Part shown: piece by piece, positions 8,224 to 18,167 of the stretch
How positions within the stretch are numbered: the first letter of the stretch is position 1
How the letters are laid out: the number at the start of each line of letters is the position of its first letter
Source of the DNA: an uncultured Planctomycetia bacterium
Lineage (GTDB): Bacteria > Omnitrophota > Gorgyraeia > Duberdicusellales > 4484-171
Length of the DNA stretch: 64,000 nucleotides
Direction of reading: 5' to 3'
NCBI GenBank assembly: GCA_964455085.1
Contig: CAYVYJ010000003.1
Span: 7,364 to 71,363, forward strand
The notes under the pieces: model-generated
Told to the model about the DNA's origin: nothing
Databases searched by the model: none
The model's input: the letters and a program-made list of their open reading frames with translations, nothing else
Made by a program: the position numbers and the translations under genes

Positions 8224-10962
8224 ATGAATTATAAGGATAGTTTAAATTTACCGCGAACTACTTTTCCGATGAAGGCAAATCTGCCCCTTCTTGAGCCGAA
8301 GACTATTGCCAGATGGGACAACTTGAATATTTACCAGCGGCTGCGAGAAGAGAATAGGGGTAAGAAAAAATTTGTGCTTCATGACGGGCCGCCTTACGCT
8401 AACGGTAAAATCCATATTGGTCACGCTTTGAATAAGCTGCTTAAAGATATTGTTATAAAGTATAAAATCCTCAGCGGATACGATTGCCCTTATATTATTG
8501 GTTGGGATTGCCATGGTTTGCCGGTTGAACACCAGCTATTTAAGGAATTAGGTTTAAGCAAACACGATGTTGAAGTAGGAGCCTTTAGAAAAAAAGCCCG
8601 AAACTATGCTTTAAAGTTCGTTAAACTGCAAAGCCAAGACTTTAAGCACCTGGGAATATTTTCTGATCCTGAACCTTACCTTACCTTAGCTGCAAGCTAC
8701 GAACAAGCAGTAATGAGACTTTTAGGGGATTTAGTGGCTGATGGCTACGTTTATCGCGGTCGTAAACCGGTTAATTGGTGCCAATCTTGTGAAACAGCCT
8801 TAGCTGAGGCAGAGGTAGAATATCTGGATAAGGAGTCGGACTCGATTTATCTTCTTTTTATACTTGATGACGGTAAAAGAGTTTTTACTCACGAGGAAAT
8901 TTCCCAAATTGGCTTCTTGGTTTGGACTACCACACCTTGGACTCTAATCTCTAACGTTGCAGTGGCTGTGCATCCAAAATTAGAGTATTGTTTAGCCCAG
9001 CTTAAGGAGCAAAAGATTGTTTTCGCTAAAAATTTGCTACCCTTACTGGAAAAAAAGTTTAAAACTAAATTTAAACTATTGAAAACATTCGCCGGTAAGG
9101 ATCTTGAAGGACTAAAGCTTAAGCACCCGTTTATTAAACGAGAATCGCCGATAGTCTTGGCTGATTTCATCTCTCGAGAAGAGGGCAGCGGCTGTGTACA
9201 TATTGCCCCTGGCCACGGAGCAGAAGATTTTTCCCTAACTCATAAATACGATCTTGATATTATTATGCCCCTAGATGAGAAAGGCCGATTCCAGGAACCC
9301 GAGGAGTTTAAGGACAAAAACGTGGGAGAAGCTAATATCGCAGTAATAAAAAAACTAAAAAACAATCAGTCGTTAATTCTTCATGAGACAATAAACCATT
9401 CTTACCCGCATTGTTGGCGTTGCAAGGAACCAATAGTTTTCCGGGCTACCTTTCAATGGTTTTTGAATGTTGACCATAAGAAATTACGGGTCAAGTCGCT
9501 TAAGGAAACAGAGAAAGTTAGATGGATTCCTTCCGCCGGCAAAGAACGAATGAGAGGAATGTTAGCTACCCGACCGGATTGGTGCCTTTCCCGTCAACGA
9601 CTCTGGGGTGTACCGATTCCGGCAGTGAGATGCAATGATTGCCAGAAGGTATATTTGACTAAAGAAATTATTGATAAGGCTGCTGAAATCTTCAGCCAGA
9701 CTGGTTCTGATTCTTGGTTCAGTCTGGACTTGGATAAATTTCTTCCTGCGAAGTTTAACTGCACCTGCGGCAGTAAAAGACTCCTAAAGGAATTTGATAT
9801 CCTTGATGTTTGGTTTGAGTCCGGTGCAAGTTTCTTGGCTGTAGTAAAGAATAACCCTGAGCTTAAATTTCCGGCAGATTTATACTTAGAAGGTAGTGAT
9901 CAGCACCGAGGCTGGTTTCAGGTCTCGCTTATACCTTCGGTGGCCAAGGAAAAATGCGCACCTTTTAAAACAGTGCTAACCCATGGCTTTGTGGTTGATG
10001 CTTCAGGAAAAAAAATGTCAAAATCCCAGGGAAATGTGATTGCCCCTCAGGAGATTTCCAGGAAATACGGAGCGGAGATCTTACGTCTCTGGGCAGCTTA
10101 CGCTGATTACAGCGAAGATGTCAAAATTTCCCAAGAAATAATTAAACAGTTGGCAGATATGTATCGGAAGATGCGTAATACCATCCGGTTTATTTTGGCC
10201 AATATATCTGATTTTGAGTTAAAAAATTGCCGATTAGCTCATAACCATTTATTAGAAGTTGATAAGTTCATGCTGGCTAAAGCCTTGCGTTTTAATCAAG
10301 AAGTCATATCTTACTATGAAACCTTTAGTTTTTACAAAGTCTGCCAAAAGATTTTTAATTTTTGCAACCTTGACTTGAGCTCTTTTTATCTTGACATTTT
10401 AAAAGACAGACTATATACTTTTTCTCGATATTCAGCTGCTCGTCAGAGTGCCCAATTTGTTCTTTACCATATCTTGAATATTTTACTTAAGCTGATTGCA
10501 CCGATTTTATCCTTTACTGCCGAGGAAGCTTATCTTGCCTGGGATAAGTTAGAGGAAAGGGAAGTTTCGATTTTCCTTTCTTCCTTAAAGGTTAATTATC
10601 CAAAGACTTGGGACAGTGAAGAACTTCTTAACCGCTGGGAATCTATTCTTAGCTTACGTAACCAGGTTCTCAAGGAAATTGAAACCAAAAGAGTCAGCGG
10701 TCTGATTGGAAGTTCCCTTGAAGCATGCGTTCTTATAAAGTGTCGGGGCAAAGATTACCCTTTCTATAAGGAGTATCGTGATGCTTTTGCAGAAATCTTC
10801 ATAGTCTCTTCGGTCACAATCGAGGAAGGAGATTTTGCAATCAAGATATCTAAAGCTGGTGGTAAAAAGTGTCTACGCTGTTGGAATTGGAGCGATAGTG
10901 TGGGGAGAAGTTCAAAACATTCTAACCTATGCAGTAAGTGCCAAGAGGCTTTAAAAGCATAA
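8224..10962 (+). CDS. ileS: Isoleucine--tRNA ligase (type 1)
   Basis: HDGPPYANG, HIGH, GWDCHGLP, WTTTPWT, KMSKS and a C-terminal zinc finger. Confidence 0.98.
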   Translation: MNYKDSLNLPRTTFPMKANLPLLEPKTIARWDNLNIYQRLREENRGKKKFVLHDGPPYANGKIHIGHALNKLLKDIVIKYKILSGYDCPYIIGWDCHGLPVEHQLFKELGLSKHDVEVGAFRKKARNYALKFVKLQSQDFKHLGIFSDPEPYLTLAASYEQAVMRLLGDLVADGYVYRGRKPVNWCQSCETALAEAEVEYLDKESDSIYLLFILDDGKRVFTHEEISQIGFLVWTTTPWTLISNVAVAVHPKLEYCLAQLKEQKIVFAKNLLPLLEKKFKTKFKLLKTFAGKDLEGLKLKHPFIKRESPIVLADFISREEGSGCVHIAPGHGAEDFSLTHKYDLDIIMPLDEKGRFQEPEEFKDKNVGEANIAVIKKLKNNQSLILHETINHSYPHCWRCKEPIVFRATFQWFLNVDHKKLRVKSLKETEKVRWIPSAGKERMRGMLATRPDWCLSRQRLWGVPIPAVRCNDCQKVYLTKEIIDKAAEIFSQTGSDSWFSLDLDKFLPAKFNCTCGSKRLLKEFDILDVWFESGASFLAVVKNNPELKFPADLYLEGSDQHRGWFQVSLIPSVAKEKCAPFKTVLTHGFVVDASGKKMSKSQGNVIAPQEISRKYGAEILRLWAAYADYSEDVKISQEIIKQLADMYRKMRNTIRFILANISDFELKNCRLAHNHLLEVDKFMLAKALRFNQEVISYYETFSFYKVCQKIFNFCNLDLSSFYLDILKDRLYTFSRYSAARQSAQFVLYHILNILLKLIAPILSFTAEEAYLAWDKLEEREVSIFLSSLKVNYPKTWDSEELLNRWESILSLRNQVLKEIETKRVSGLIGSSLEACVLIKCRGKDYPFYKEYRDAFAEIFIVSSVTIEEGDFAIKISKAGGKKCLRCWNWSDSVGRSSKHSNLCSKCQEALKA

Positions 10963-10983
10963 AAACTACAAGGAGGGTAGTCG

Positions 10984-11376
10984 ATGAAGCGACGATTCAC
11001 AAAGAAAGAGCTGGATTTTTATAAAGAAAAATTATTTAACTTAAAAGACGATGTTTTGAACCAAATCCGGGATATATCGCAGGATACCTTAATGAAGTCC
11101 CAGAAAGATATGTCCGGGGATATTTCCGGATACGGTATACATATAGCCGATGTAGCAACTGATAATTACGAACGAGATTTTAACCTGAGTCTTGTATCCA
11201 ATGAGCGAAAAATTGTTCTGGATATAGATCAAGCCCTGAAAAGAATAGAAGATAAGACCTATGGAATCTGTGGGATGTGTAAAAAACCGATTGCTAAGAA
11301 TCGCCTCAACGCTATGCCCCATGCCGACTATTGCCGCAAATGCCAAGAAAAGAGCGAAAAGGAAAATAAAATATAG
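10984..11376 (+). CDS. TraR/DksA C4-type zinc finger protein
   Basis: Coiled coil with HIADVATD tip; YGICGMC...CRKC. Confidence 0.88.
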   Translation: MKRRFTKKELDFYKEKLFNLKDDVLNQIRDISQDTLMKSQKDMSGDISGYGIHIADVATDNYERDFNLSLVSNERKIVLDIDQALKRIEDKTYGICGMCKKPIAKNRLNAMPHADYCRKCQEKSEKENKI

Positions 11377-11379
11377 TTT

Positions 11380-11826
11380 ATGCTGATAGCCTGGATGATC
11401 GCCATGGGAGTGTTTCTGGCCGATTACTTCATTAAAGGCTATCTTCATTCGATATTTCCCTTTCAATCGATTCCGGTTATCAAAAACATCTTTCATATTA
11501 CGCTTGTGTTTAACCGCGGTGCGGCGTTTGGAATTTTACAAAAAAACAGTGTTTTTTTAATCTACATCGGTATAATCTTTATTTTAATCTTCCTTTTTCT
11601 GATAAAACATGAAAAAATAAAAAGCCGACTCTTCCTAATCGCTGCTGGCCTAATCCTTGGTGGAGCACTTTCAAACCTCGGTGATCGGTTATTCTTAGGT
11701 TATGTTGTCGACTATATCGATTTACGCATCTGGCCGGTTTTTAACCTTTCCGATTCTTGTATAACTGTTGGTGCCGGACTGCTGCTCTGGGATTCATTCC
11801 GGAGGCGCCGAAAAAATACCCAATAA
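11380..11826 (+). CDS. lspA: Lipoprotein signal peptidase II
   Basis: NRGAAFG, GALSNLGDR, VVDYI, FNLSD. Confidence 0.95.
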   Translation: MLIAWMIAMGVFLADYFIKGYLHSIFPFQSIPVIKNIFHITLVFNRGAAFGILQKNSVFLIYIGIIFILIFLFLIKHEKIKSRLFLIAAGLILGGALSNLGDRLFLGYVVDYIDLRIWPVFNLSDSCITVGAGLLLWDSFRRRRKNTQ

Positions 11827-12723
11827 ATGAAAAATCTTTTGATTGTTAACGATGAAGCTTGCCGTCAGCGGCTGGATAAGTTCTTATCTATCCGGTTAGC
11901 CCCAATTTCTCGGACAAAAATTCACCGCTTAATCCAAGCAGGATTAGTTTTAGTGGATGGCAAAGTAAGAAAGGCCGGTTTTCAAATTGGACCTAAACAA
12001 CAAGTCAGGGTATTTATAAAAGAAGAAAAAAAAGAGTTGAAGCCATTCAATTTTCCAGTTAAGATTATCTATGAGGATGATGATATAATAGTCGTTAATA
12101 AACCTACGGGGTTAGTCGTACATCCGCCCCAGCGAAACTGTCACCAAACTCTGGTTAATGCCTTAATTTACCTGAAAAAGAAACTAGCACCAACGAATGA
12201 TTTGCGTCCGGGCGTAGTCCATCGCTTAGATAAGGAAACTAGCGGGGTAATGGTTTTAGCAAAAAATAGATCAAGTTCCGAAAACCTGATATCACAGTTT
12301 AAAGCCAGGAGCGTAGCTAAGGAGTATCGGGCAATAGTCTGGGGCAAGCTGCAAAAAGAAAAAATGCTCATTGATTTACCATTAAGCCGAGACTTAAAGA
12401 ATCGGCTTAAGATGAAGGTAGGTTTTCTCAAAGCAAAAGAAGCTCACACTGAGGTCGAACTAATCGAAAGACTGGGAGATTCAACATACTTAAGGCTTAA
12501 ACCCCTCACCGGAAGGATGCACCAGATCCGGGTACACCTTAAGTTCTTGGGATTTCCGGTTATTGGTGATAAAAAATATGGGATAAAGGATAAATACAAT
12601 GAACTGTTCCTGCATGCAAAAGAATTAAGTTTTGTCCATCCCGGAAACAAAAAACGCTTGAGATTCAACTCAGCGTTGCCAATACGGTTTACAAAATTTC
12701 TTAAGGAAGAGAGGTTACGATAA
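11827..12723 (+). CDS. rluD: RluA/RluD family pseudouridine synthase
   Basis: S4 domain (RLDKFL), NKPTGLVVHP, HRLDKETSG, TGRMHQIRVH. Confidence 0.9.
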   Translation: MKNLLIVNDEACRQRLDKFLSIRLAPISRTKIHRLIQAGLVLVDGKVRKAGFQIGPKQQVRVFIKEEKKELKPFNFPVKIIYEDDDIIVVNKPTGLVVHPPQRNCHQTLVNALIYLKKKLAPTNDLRPGVVHRLDKETSGVMVLAKNRSSSENLISQFKARSVAKEYRAIVWGKLQKEKMLIDLPLSRDLKNRLKMKVGFLKAKEAHTEVELIERLGDSTYLRLKPLTGRMHQIRVHLKFLGFPVIGDKKYGIKDKYNELFLHAKELSFVHPGNKKRLRFNSALPIRFTKFLKEERLR

Positions 12724-12731
12724 GGAGTTCG

Positions 12732-14042
12732 ATGTACCGGATAAAATATTTAAATAATTTAGTTACTGAGATTAATATACCTCCGGATAAATCAATATCA
12801 CATCGGGCGGCCATAATAGCTGCGCTTTGTAAGGAAAAAACTACAATTAAACCGTTCCTAGATAGTGCGGATACTTCGGCCACTTTGGATTGTTTAGGGA
12901 AACTAGGGGTTGCTATTGATCAAGAAGGGGATTCATTGGTCGTGGAGGGTGTAGGAATGTATTTCCCTAAAACCGAAAAGGTTGACCTTTACGCTCAGGA
13001 ATCAGGAACAACCATGCGTATACTCAGTGGTTTGTTAGTTGCTCAGAAATTTCCGATTGAATTCCATGCCGCTGAATCTTTAAACAAGCGGCCAATGGAT
13101 AGAATTATTGATCCCTTGAGAAAGATGCAGGCAAACATAAGTGGCCAAAAACAGGGCAATACCTTGCTTGATATTGAACCGATCATCTCAGCACCTTTAT
13201 CGATTTTACCCAGCGCTACCGGAATTAAAGGAAAAAAAATTGACTTAAAAATTGCCAGTGCTCAGGTAAAAACAGCAATTATCTTTGCTTCGCTTTATGC
13301 TGATTCGCAAACTATTATCCGCGAACCTTACCAATCCCGAGATCATACTGAACGCATGTTAAAACTCTTCGGCGCAAGCTTAAGGGTAGAGGAAGGGGCG
13401 ATTATTTCCGGACCAACCCCCCAGCTAACTTCTCCAAAAGATATATATATCCCTTCGGATTTTTCCTCAGCCTCTTTCTTCATTGTCCTAGGATTGATCC
13501 TAGAAAATTGCGACTTGACCTTAAAAGAAGTTAATGTAAATCCTACCCGGTGTGGATTACTGAAGGTACTAAAACGGATGGGGGCTAATATTGAAATCAT
13601 TAACCAAAAAGAGAGTTACGAACCCTATGCCGATATTAAAGTTAAAAGCTCAGCCTTAAAGGGAGCAGTGGTCGAACCCGATGAGATACCTTCAATGATC
13701 GATGAAATACCGATTCTTTGTGTTGCTGCTGCTTTTGCTAGTGGCCGAACTCTTATTCAAGGCATAAGTGAATTAAAGGTTAAAGAGACTGACAGAATTA
13801 ACGCTATTGCCAAAAACTTAAAGGCAGCCGGCATTAGAGTTGATGTTGACACCGATAGTGAAGTGATGATCGAAGGGGTATCTGAACATAAACCGACACA
13901 TTTTATGAGTTTCAATGACCATCGAACCGCAATGAGCGCAATTATTTTGGGAGCGGCAATCGGAAATAATTGTACGGTGGATGATACAAAATGTATCAAC
14001 AAGTCATTTCCTCAATTCATACCTCTATTCGAATCATTGTGA
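12732..14042 (+). CDS. aroA: 3-phosphoshikimate 1-carboxyvinyltransferase
   Basis: [36 protein letters not shown]. Confidence 0.96.
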   Translation: MYRIKYLNNLVTEINIPPDKSISHRAAIIAALCKEKTTIKPFLDSADTSATLDCLGKLGVAIDQEGDSLVVEGVGMYFPKTEKVDLYAQESGTTMRILSGLLVAQKFPIEFHAAESLNKRPMDRIIDPLRKMQANISGQKQGNTLLDIEPIISAPLSILPSATGIKGKKIDLKIASAQVKTAIIFASLYADSQTIIREPYQSRDHTERMLKLFGASLRVEEGAIISGPTPQLTSPKDIYIPSDFSSASFFIVLGLILENCDLTLKEVNVNPTRCGLLKVLKRMGANIEIINQKESYEPYADIKVKSSALKGAVVEPDEIPSMIDEIPILCVAAAFASGRTLIQGISELKVKETDRINAIAKNLKAAGIRVDVDTDSEVMIEGVSEHKPTHFMSFNDHRTAMSAIILGAAIGNNCTVDDTKCINKSFPQFIPLFESL

Positions 14043-14073
14043 CTATCACTATGGCCTCAATAAGGAGACGATA

Positions 14074-14490
14074 ATGAAGAGTTATACCGAGCATCTAACC
14101 TTAAATACTAAACAAAGGATTGAATTCGTTAATCTTACCCCCCGGGTTGATAAAATCGTGGCCAAAAGCGGTGTACAAGAAGGTTTGTGTTTAGTGAATG
14201 CGATGCATATTACGGCTGCGGTCTTTATTAACGACGAGGAGAGCGGCTTAAAAGAGGATTTTAAACTGTGGCTTGAGAGGCTGGTTCCTGAAGATGTTAA
14301 TAAGTATAAACACAATCTTACTGGCGAAGACAATGCCTATGCTCATCTTCGCCGTACACTTATGGGCCGGGAAGTGGTTGTTGCAATAACCGAAGGTGCC
14401 TTGGATTTTGGTCCTTGGGAACAGATCTTCTACGCTGAATTCGATGGCCAACGACCTAAACGAATTTTAGTAAAGGTAATCGGAGAATAA
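14074..14490 (+). CDS. yjbQ: YjbQ family (secondary thiamine-phosphate synthase) protein
   Basis: [26 protein letters not shown]; ATG 14074 follows TAAGGAG. Confidence 0.9.
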   Translation: MKSYTEHLTLNTKQRIEFVNLTPRVDKIVAKSGVQEGLCLVNAMHITAAVFINDEESGLKEDFKLWLERLVPEDVNKYKHNLTGEDNAYAHLRRTLMGREVVVAITEGALDFGPWEQIFYAEFDGQRPKRILVKVIGE

Positions 14491-14491
14491 T

Positions 14492-14554
14492 TCGGGACAC
14501 ATCCTAAGTAAATTTTCCTTTCCGGTTGGCCTTTTTAAATGGGATGTGTCCCGA
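14492..14554. repeat. 13-bp perfect inverted repeat (MITE/REP-like or terminator-like hairpin)
   Basis: TCGGGACACATCC (14492-14504) ... GGATGTGTCCCGA (14542-14554) with a 37-nt spacer. Confidence 0.65.
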
Positions 14555-14618
14555 CTAAGTTTAGGTTGTAATTTACCTGCCCCTATTATATAATTCCTTA
14601 GTACAAAAAGGCTAGAAT

Positions 14619-17285
14619 ATGGAAATTCCTTCAAGATATAATCCTAAAGAAATCGAGCCAAGGATTCTAAAACAATGGCTTGAAAATAAGGCTTTTTCTG
14701 CTAAAACCGGCTCTAGAAGTAATTACTCAATTGTTATTCCACCCCCCAATATTACCGGTATCCTTCATATGGGCCACGGTTTAAACACCACGATTCAAGA
14801 TGTTTTAATCCGCTTTCGAAGAATGCAGGGTTATCAAGCCCTCTGGATGCCAGGAACTGACCATGCCGGTATTGCCACTCAAAACGTTGTGGAAAGGGCC
14901 TTGGCCAAAAAGGGGTTACAAAAGGAGACCATCGGTCGGGATAAATTTGTTAAAAAACTGTGGGATTGGCAAGAAAGATACGGATCAACCATAATCGAAC
15001 AGCTTAAAAAATTAGGTGCCAGCTGTGATTGGCAAAGATTGCGTTTTACCTTAGATTCGGGATATAGCCAAGCTGTCAACGAAGTCTTTGTAAAGCTATA
15101 TCAAAAAGGATTAATTTACCAAGGTAATTACATTATTAACTGGTGCCCCCGCTGTAAGACTGCCTTGAGTGACGAAGAGGCAGCTCATAAAGAAATTGAC
15201 GGTTGGTTATACTATATCAAGTATCCGGTAAGGAGCAAAAAAGCTTTACCTCCCGATAAAAAATACATCGTGGTTGCTACAACCCGACCAGAAACAATGC
15301 TCGGTGATACTGCTGTGGCCATAAACCCCAAGGATAAACGGTATAGTTGGTTGAAAAACCTAAAGGTTATCCTGCCGATAGTAGCCAGAGAACTACCAGT
15401 TATAAAAGATAATGCTGTTGATCCTGAGTTTGGTACCGGTATAGTCAAAGTAACTCCGGCGCATGATCCAGCTGATTTTGCTATGGGAAAAAAATATGGC
15501 CTGGAATTTGTCAATATAATGAATGAAGATGCAACACTCAATACAAATGTTCCCAACGATTTTATTGGTCAGGATCGATTCGAAGCTCGAGAAGCTTTAT
15601 TGACGCTTCTCGAAGATAAAAAACTAATTGTAAAAAAAGAGCCTTACAGCATAAGTGCCGGGCATTGTTATCGTTGTCATACAATAATTGAACCAAGAAT
15701 ATCGCTGCAGTGGTTTGTAAAGATGAAGCCTTTAGCCAAAGTAGCAATAAAAGTTGTAGAAAAGGATAAGGTGAAATTTTACCCACCGCGGTGGAAGAAA
15801 GTATATCTTAATTGGATGTATAATATTCAGGATTGGTGCATATCCCGCCAGATTTGGTGGGGCCATCGCTTGCCTGTCTGGTACTGCCTGGATTGCCGAA
15901 AAAATGCCGATAATCAAGTCCATGCCGGTGTAATTGTTGCCAAAATAGCACCCAAAATCTGCCCCAAGTGCGGCAGCACCAACCTATCCCAAGACAAAGA
16001 TGTTTTAGATACCTGGTTTTCAAGTTGGCTTTGGCCTTTTGCGACTTTTGGCTGGCCCAGAGAAACTGAAGAACTTAAGTATTTTTATCCTACCAATTGT
16101 CTTGTTACAGCATCAGAGATTTTATTTTTCTGGGTTGCCAGAATGATTATGGCTAGTTTAGAATTCACCAAACAGATACCTTTTAACCATGTTTTAATCC
16201 ACGGTACAGTTAGAGATGAAGGCGGGGTTAAGATGTCAAAGTCTTTAGGTAATACGATTGATCCCTTAGAAATTATTGATAAGTTTGGTGCCGATGCACT
16301 AAGATTTTCCTTAATGTTGCTTGCGGCGAGTGGTTCCGATGTCTATCTGAATAAGGAAAAATTCTTGGTCGGAAGGAATTTTGCCAATAAAATCTGGAAT
16401 GCCACCCGCTTTATTCTCTTAAAAATAAAGGATAGCAACTTCACAGTATCTGACCTTGAACTTTCCAATTTAGATTTGGTTGATGGCTGGGTAATAACTG
16501 AGCTAAATATTACTATTAGCGAGACTACAGCTCATCTAAATAAATACGCTTTAAACGAAGCAACCAAAAAAATCTACGACTTCTTCTGGCATGTATACTG
16601 TGATTGGTATATAGAGATTACCAAGGATAATTTTACCCAGGATAAAGCCAAGGTGCTAATATATGTTCTTATAAACTCGGTAAAATTACTGCACCCATTA
16701 ATGCCATTCATTACTGAGGAGATTCTTTCTATAATTAAAGAGTATACCGGCCTGTCTTTGGATAAAACCATGACAAAGGCAGCCTGGCCTAAGGGAGAAA
16801 AAGTCGACACAAAAGGAATTGAGCTAGTCGAAAAACTTATTGAGACCGTACAGGCAGTACGGAATATAAAAGTTGTTCTTGGTATGGGTACACAGAAAGT
16901 TGGTTTGCAAATATGCGCAAAAGACGCCTATGTAAGGTTTTTAGAAATAAATAAATCATGGCTGGAGCGTTTAACATCCTCTAAGTTTGTTACGATTATA
17001 AATAAGAATAAAGGTGAGAATTTAGAAAGGGTTCTCTCCGATTTTTGTTTATGGGAGATAAATTTAGCGATTGAAGACTTCGACCGAGATAGCTACATAT
17101 CTTCTTTAGATAAGAAAATAACGAAGAAGGAAAATATTTTTAGCCGAACCAAGCAACGCTTGACTAACGAAGGGTTTCTCCGAAACGCACCCGAGGCGGA
17201 GAAGGAAAAAGAAAGAAGTAAGGGTGGCAGCTTAAAACTCGAAATTAAAATGCTCAAGAATTTAAGAGATGCTTTTAAAAAATAA
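14619..17285 (+). CDS. valS: Valine--tRNA ligase
   Basis: PPPNITG, HMGH, GTDHAGIATQ, TTRPET, KMSKS and a C-terminal coiled coil. Confidence 0.98.
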   Translation: MEIPSRYNPKEIEPRILKQWLENKAFSAKTGSRSNYSIVIPPPNITGILHMGHGLNTTIQDVLIRFRRMQGYQALWMPGTDHAGIATQNVVERALAKKGLQKETIGRDKFVKKLWDWQERYGSTIIEQLKKLGASCDWQRLRFTLDSGYSQAVNEVFVKLYQKGLIYQGNYIINWCPRCKTALSDEEAAHKEIDGWLYYIKYPVRSKKALPPDKKYIVVATTRPETMLGDTAVAINPKDKRYSWLKNLKVILPIVARELPVIKDNAVDPEFGTGIVKVTPAHDPADFAMGKKYGLEFVNIMNEDATLNTNVPNDFIGQDRFEAREALLTLLEDKKLIVKKEPYSISAGHCYRCHTIIEPRISLQWFVKMKPLAKVAIKVVEKDKVKFYPPRWKKVYLNWMYNIQDWCISRQIWWGHRLPVWYCLDCRKNADNQVHAGVIVAKIAPKICPKCGSTNLSQDKDVLDTWFSSWLWPFATFGWPRETEELKYFYPTNCLVTASEILFFWVARMIMASLEFTKQIPFNHVLIHGTVRDEGGVKMSKSLGNTIDPLEIIDKFGADALRFSLMLLAASGSDVYLNKEKFLVGRNFANKIWNATRFILLKIKDSNFTVSDLELSNLDLVDGWVITELNITISETTAHLNKYALNEATKKIYDFFWHVYCDWYIEITKDNFTQDKAKVLIYVLINSVKLLHPLMPFITEEILSIIKEYTGLSLDKTMTKAAWPKGEKVDTKGIELVEKLIETVQAVRNIKVVLGMGTQKVGLQICAKDAYVRFLEINKSWLERLTSSKFVTIINKNKGENLERVLSDFCLWEINLAIEDFDRDSYISSLDKKITKKENIFSRTKQRLTNEGFLRNAPEAEKEKERSKGGSLKLEIKMLKNLRDAFKK

Positions 17286-18141
17286 ACATATTCAATCTGT
17301 AGTAAAGAGCGCCCTAGGGGAAGATGGCTGCCAAAAAGACATAACTACTGCTTTTGCTATTTCTTCGAAACTTAAAGGAAAAGGGGTAATCGTTGCCCAG
17401 GAAAAAGGCATACTCTCGGGAATAGAAGTAGCCAAGGCTGTATTTAAACAGCTTAACAAAGCAATAGTATTTAAGGCTCTAAAGAAAGATGGTCGGGCTT
17501 TCAGGAAAGGCGATAGGATTGCCGTTATTCAAGGAAGTTTGCAAACAATCCTTATTGGCGAACGAGTCGCTTTAAACTTTTTATCACTACTCTCGGGGGT
17601 TGCTACTTTAACCAAAAAGTTCGTTGAAAAAGTTAAAGGCACAGGGGTTGAAATTAAAGATACTCGCAAAACCATACCTAATTTACGGATTTTGGAAAAA
17701 TATGCTGTAGGCGTAGGCGGAGGACGTAACCATCGCTTCTCACTATCTAACGGCATTATTGTTAAAGACAATCACTTAAAGGCTGCCGGCTATATACGCC
17801 GCGGGCGTTTGAATAAAGAGCACTTCTCTAACTTAGTAGCTACTTTAAAGAAAAAAAGTTCCTTGGAGGTAGAGATTGAGGTAGAGAGCCTAGGAGAATT
17901 AAAAGAAGTGCTTAAGCATAAGCCTGACATAGTCATGCTCGATAATTTTTCGGTAAAGAATTTAAAGAGTGCGGTTTGTTTCCGTGATAAATACTATCCG
18001 AAAATCAAGCTCGAAGCATCAGGTGGAGTAAGCTTGGAGAACGTAAGAGCTGTGGCTAGTAGCGGCGTAGATCATATTTCGATAGGTATGATTACCGACT
18101 CTCCGGAAGTAATTGATTTTTCTTTAGATATCTCTGAGTAA
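17269..18141 (+). CDS. nadC: Nicotinate-nucleotide diphosphorylase (carboxylating)
   Basis: GERVALNFL, DTRKT, HRFSL, KDNH, MLDN, EASGG. Confidence 0.95.
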   Translation: MLLKNKHIQSVVKSALGEDGCQKDITTAFAISSKLKGKGVIVAQEKGILSGIEVAKAVFKQLNKAIVFKALKKDGRAFRKGDRIAVIQGSLQTILIGERVALNFLSLLSGVATLTKKFVEKVKGTGVEIKDTRKTIPNLRILEKYAVGVGGGRNHRFSLSNGIIVKDNHLKAAGYIRRGRLNKEHFSNLVATLKKKSSLEVEIEVESLGELKEVLKHKPDIVMLDNFSVKNLKSAVCFRDKYYPKIKLEASGGVSLENVRAVASSGVDHISIGMITDSPEVIDFSLDISE

Positions 18142-18167
18142 TACTCCTTACTACCCCAAAGTAATCA

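Noticed and set aside
14555-14618. T-box leader before valS (and ileS)
   Set aside because: The spacers are too short and lack the T-box consensus; ileS starts 1 nt after the upstream stop.
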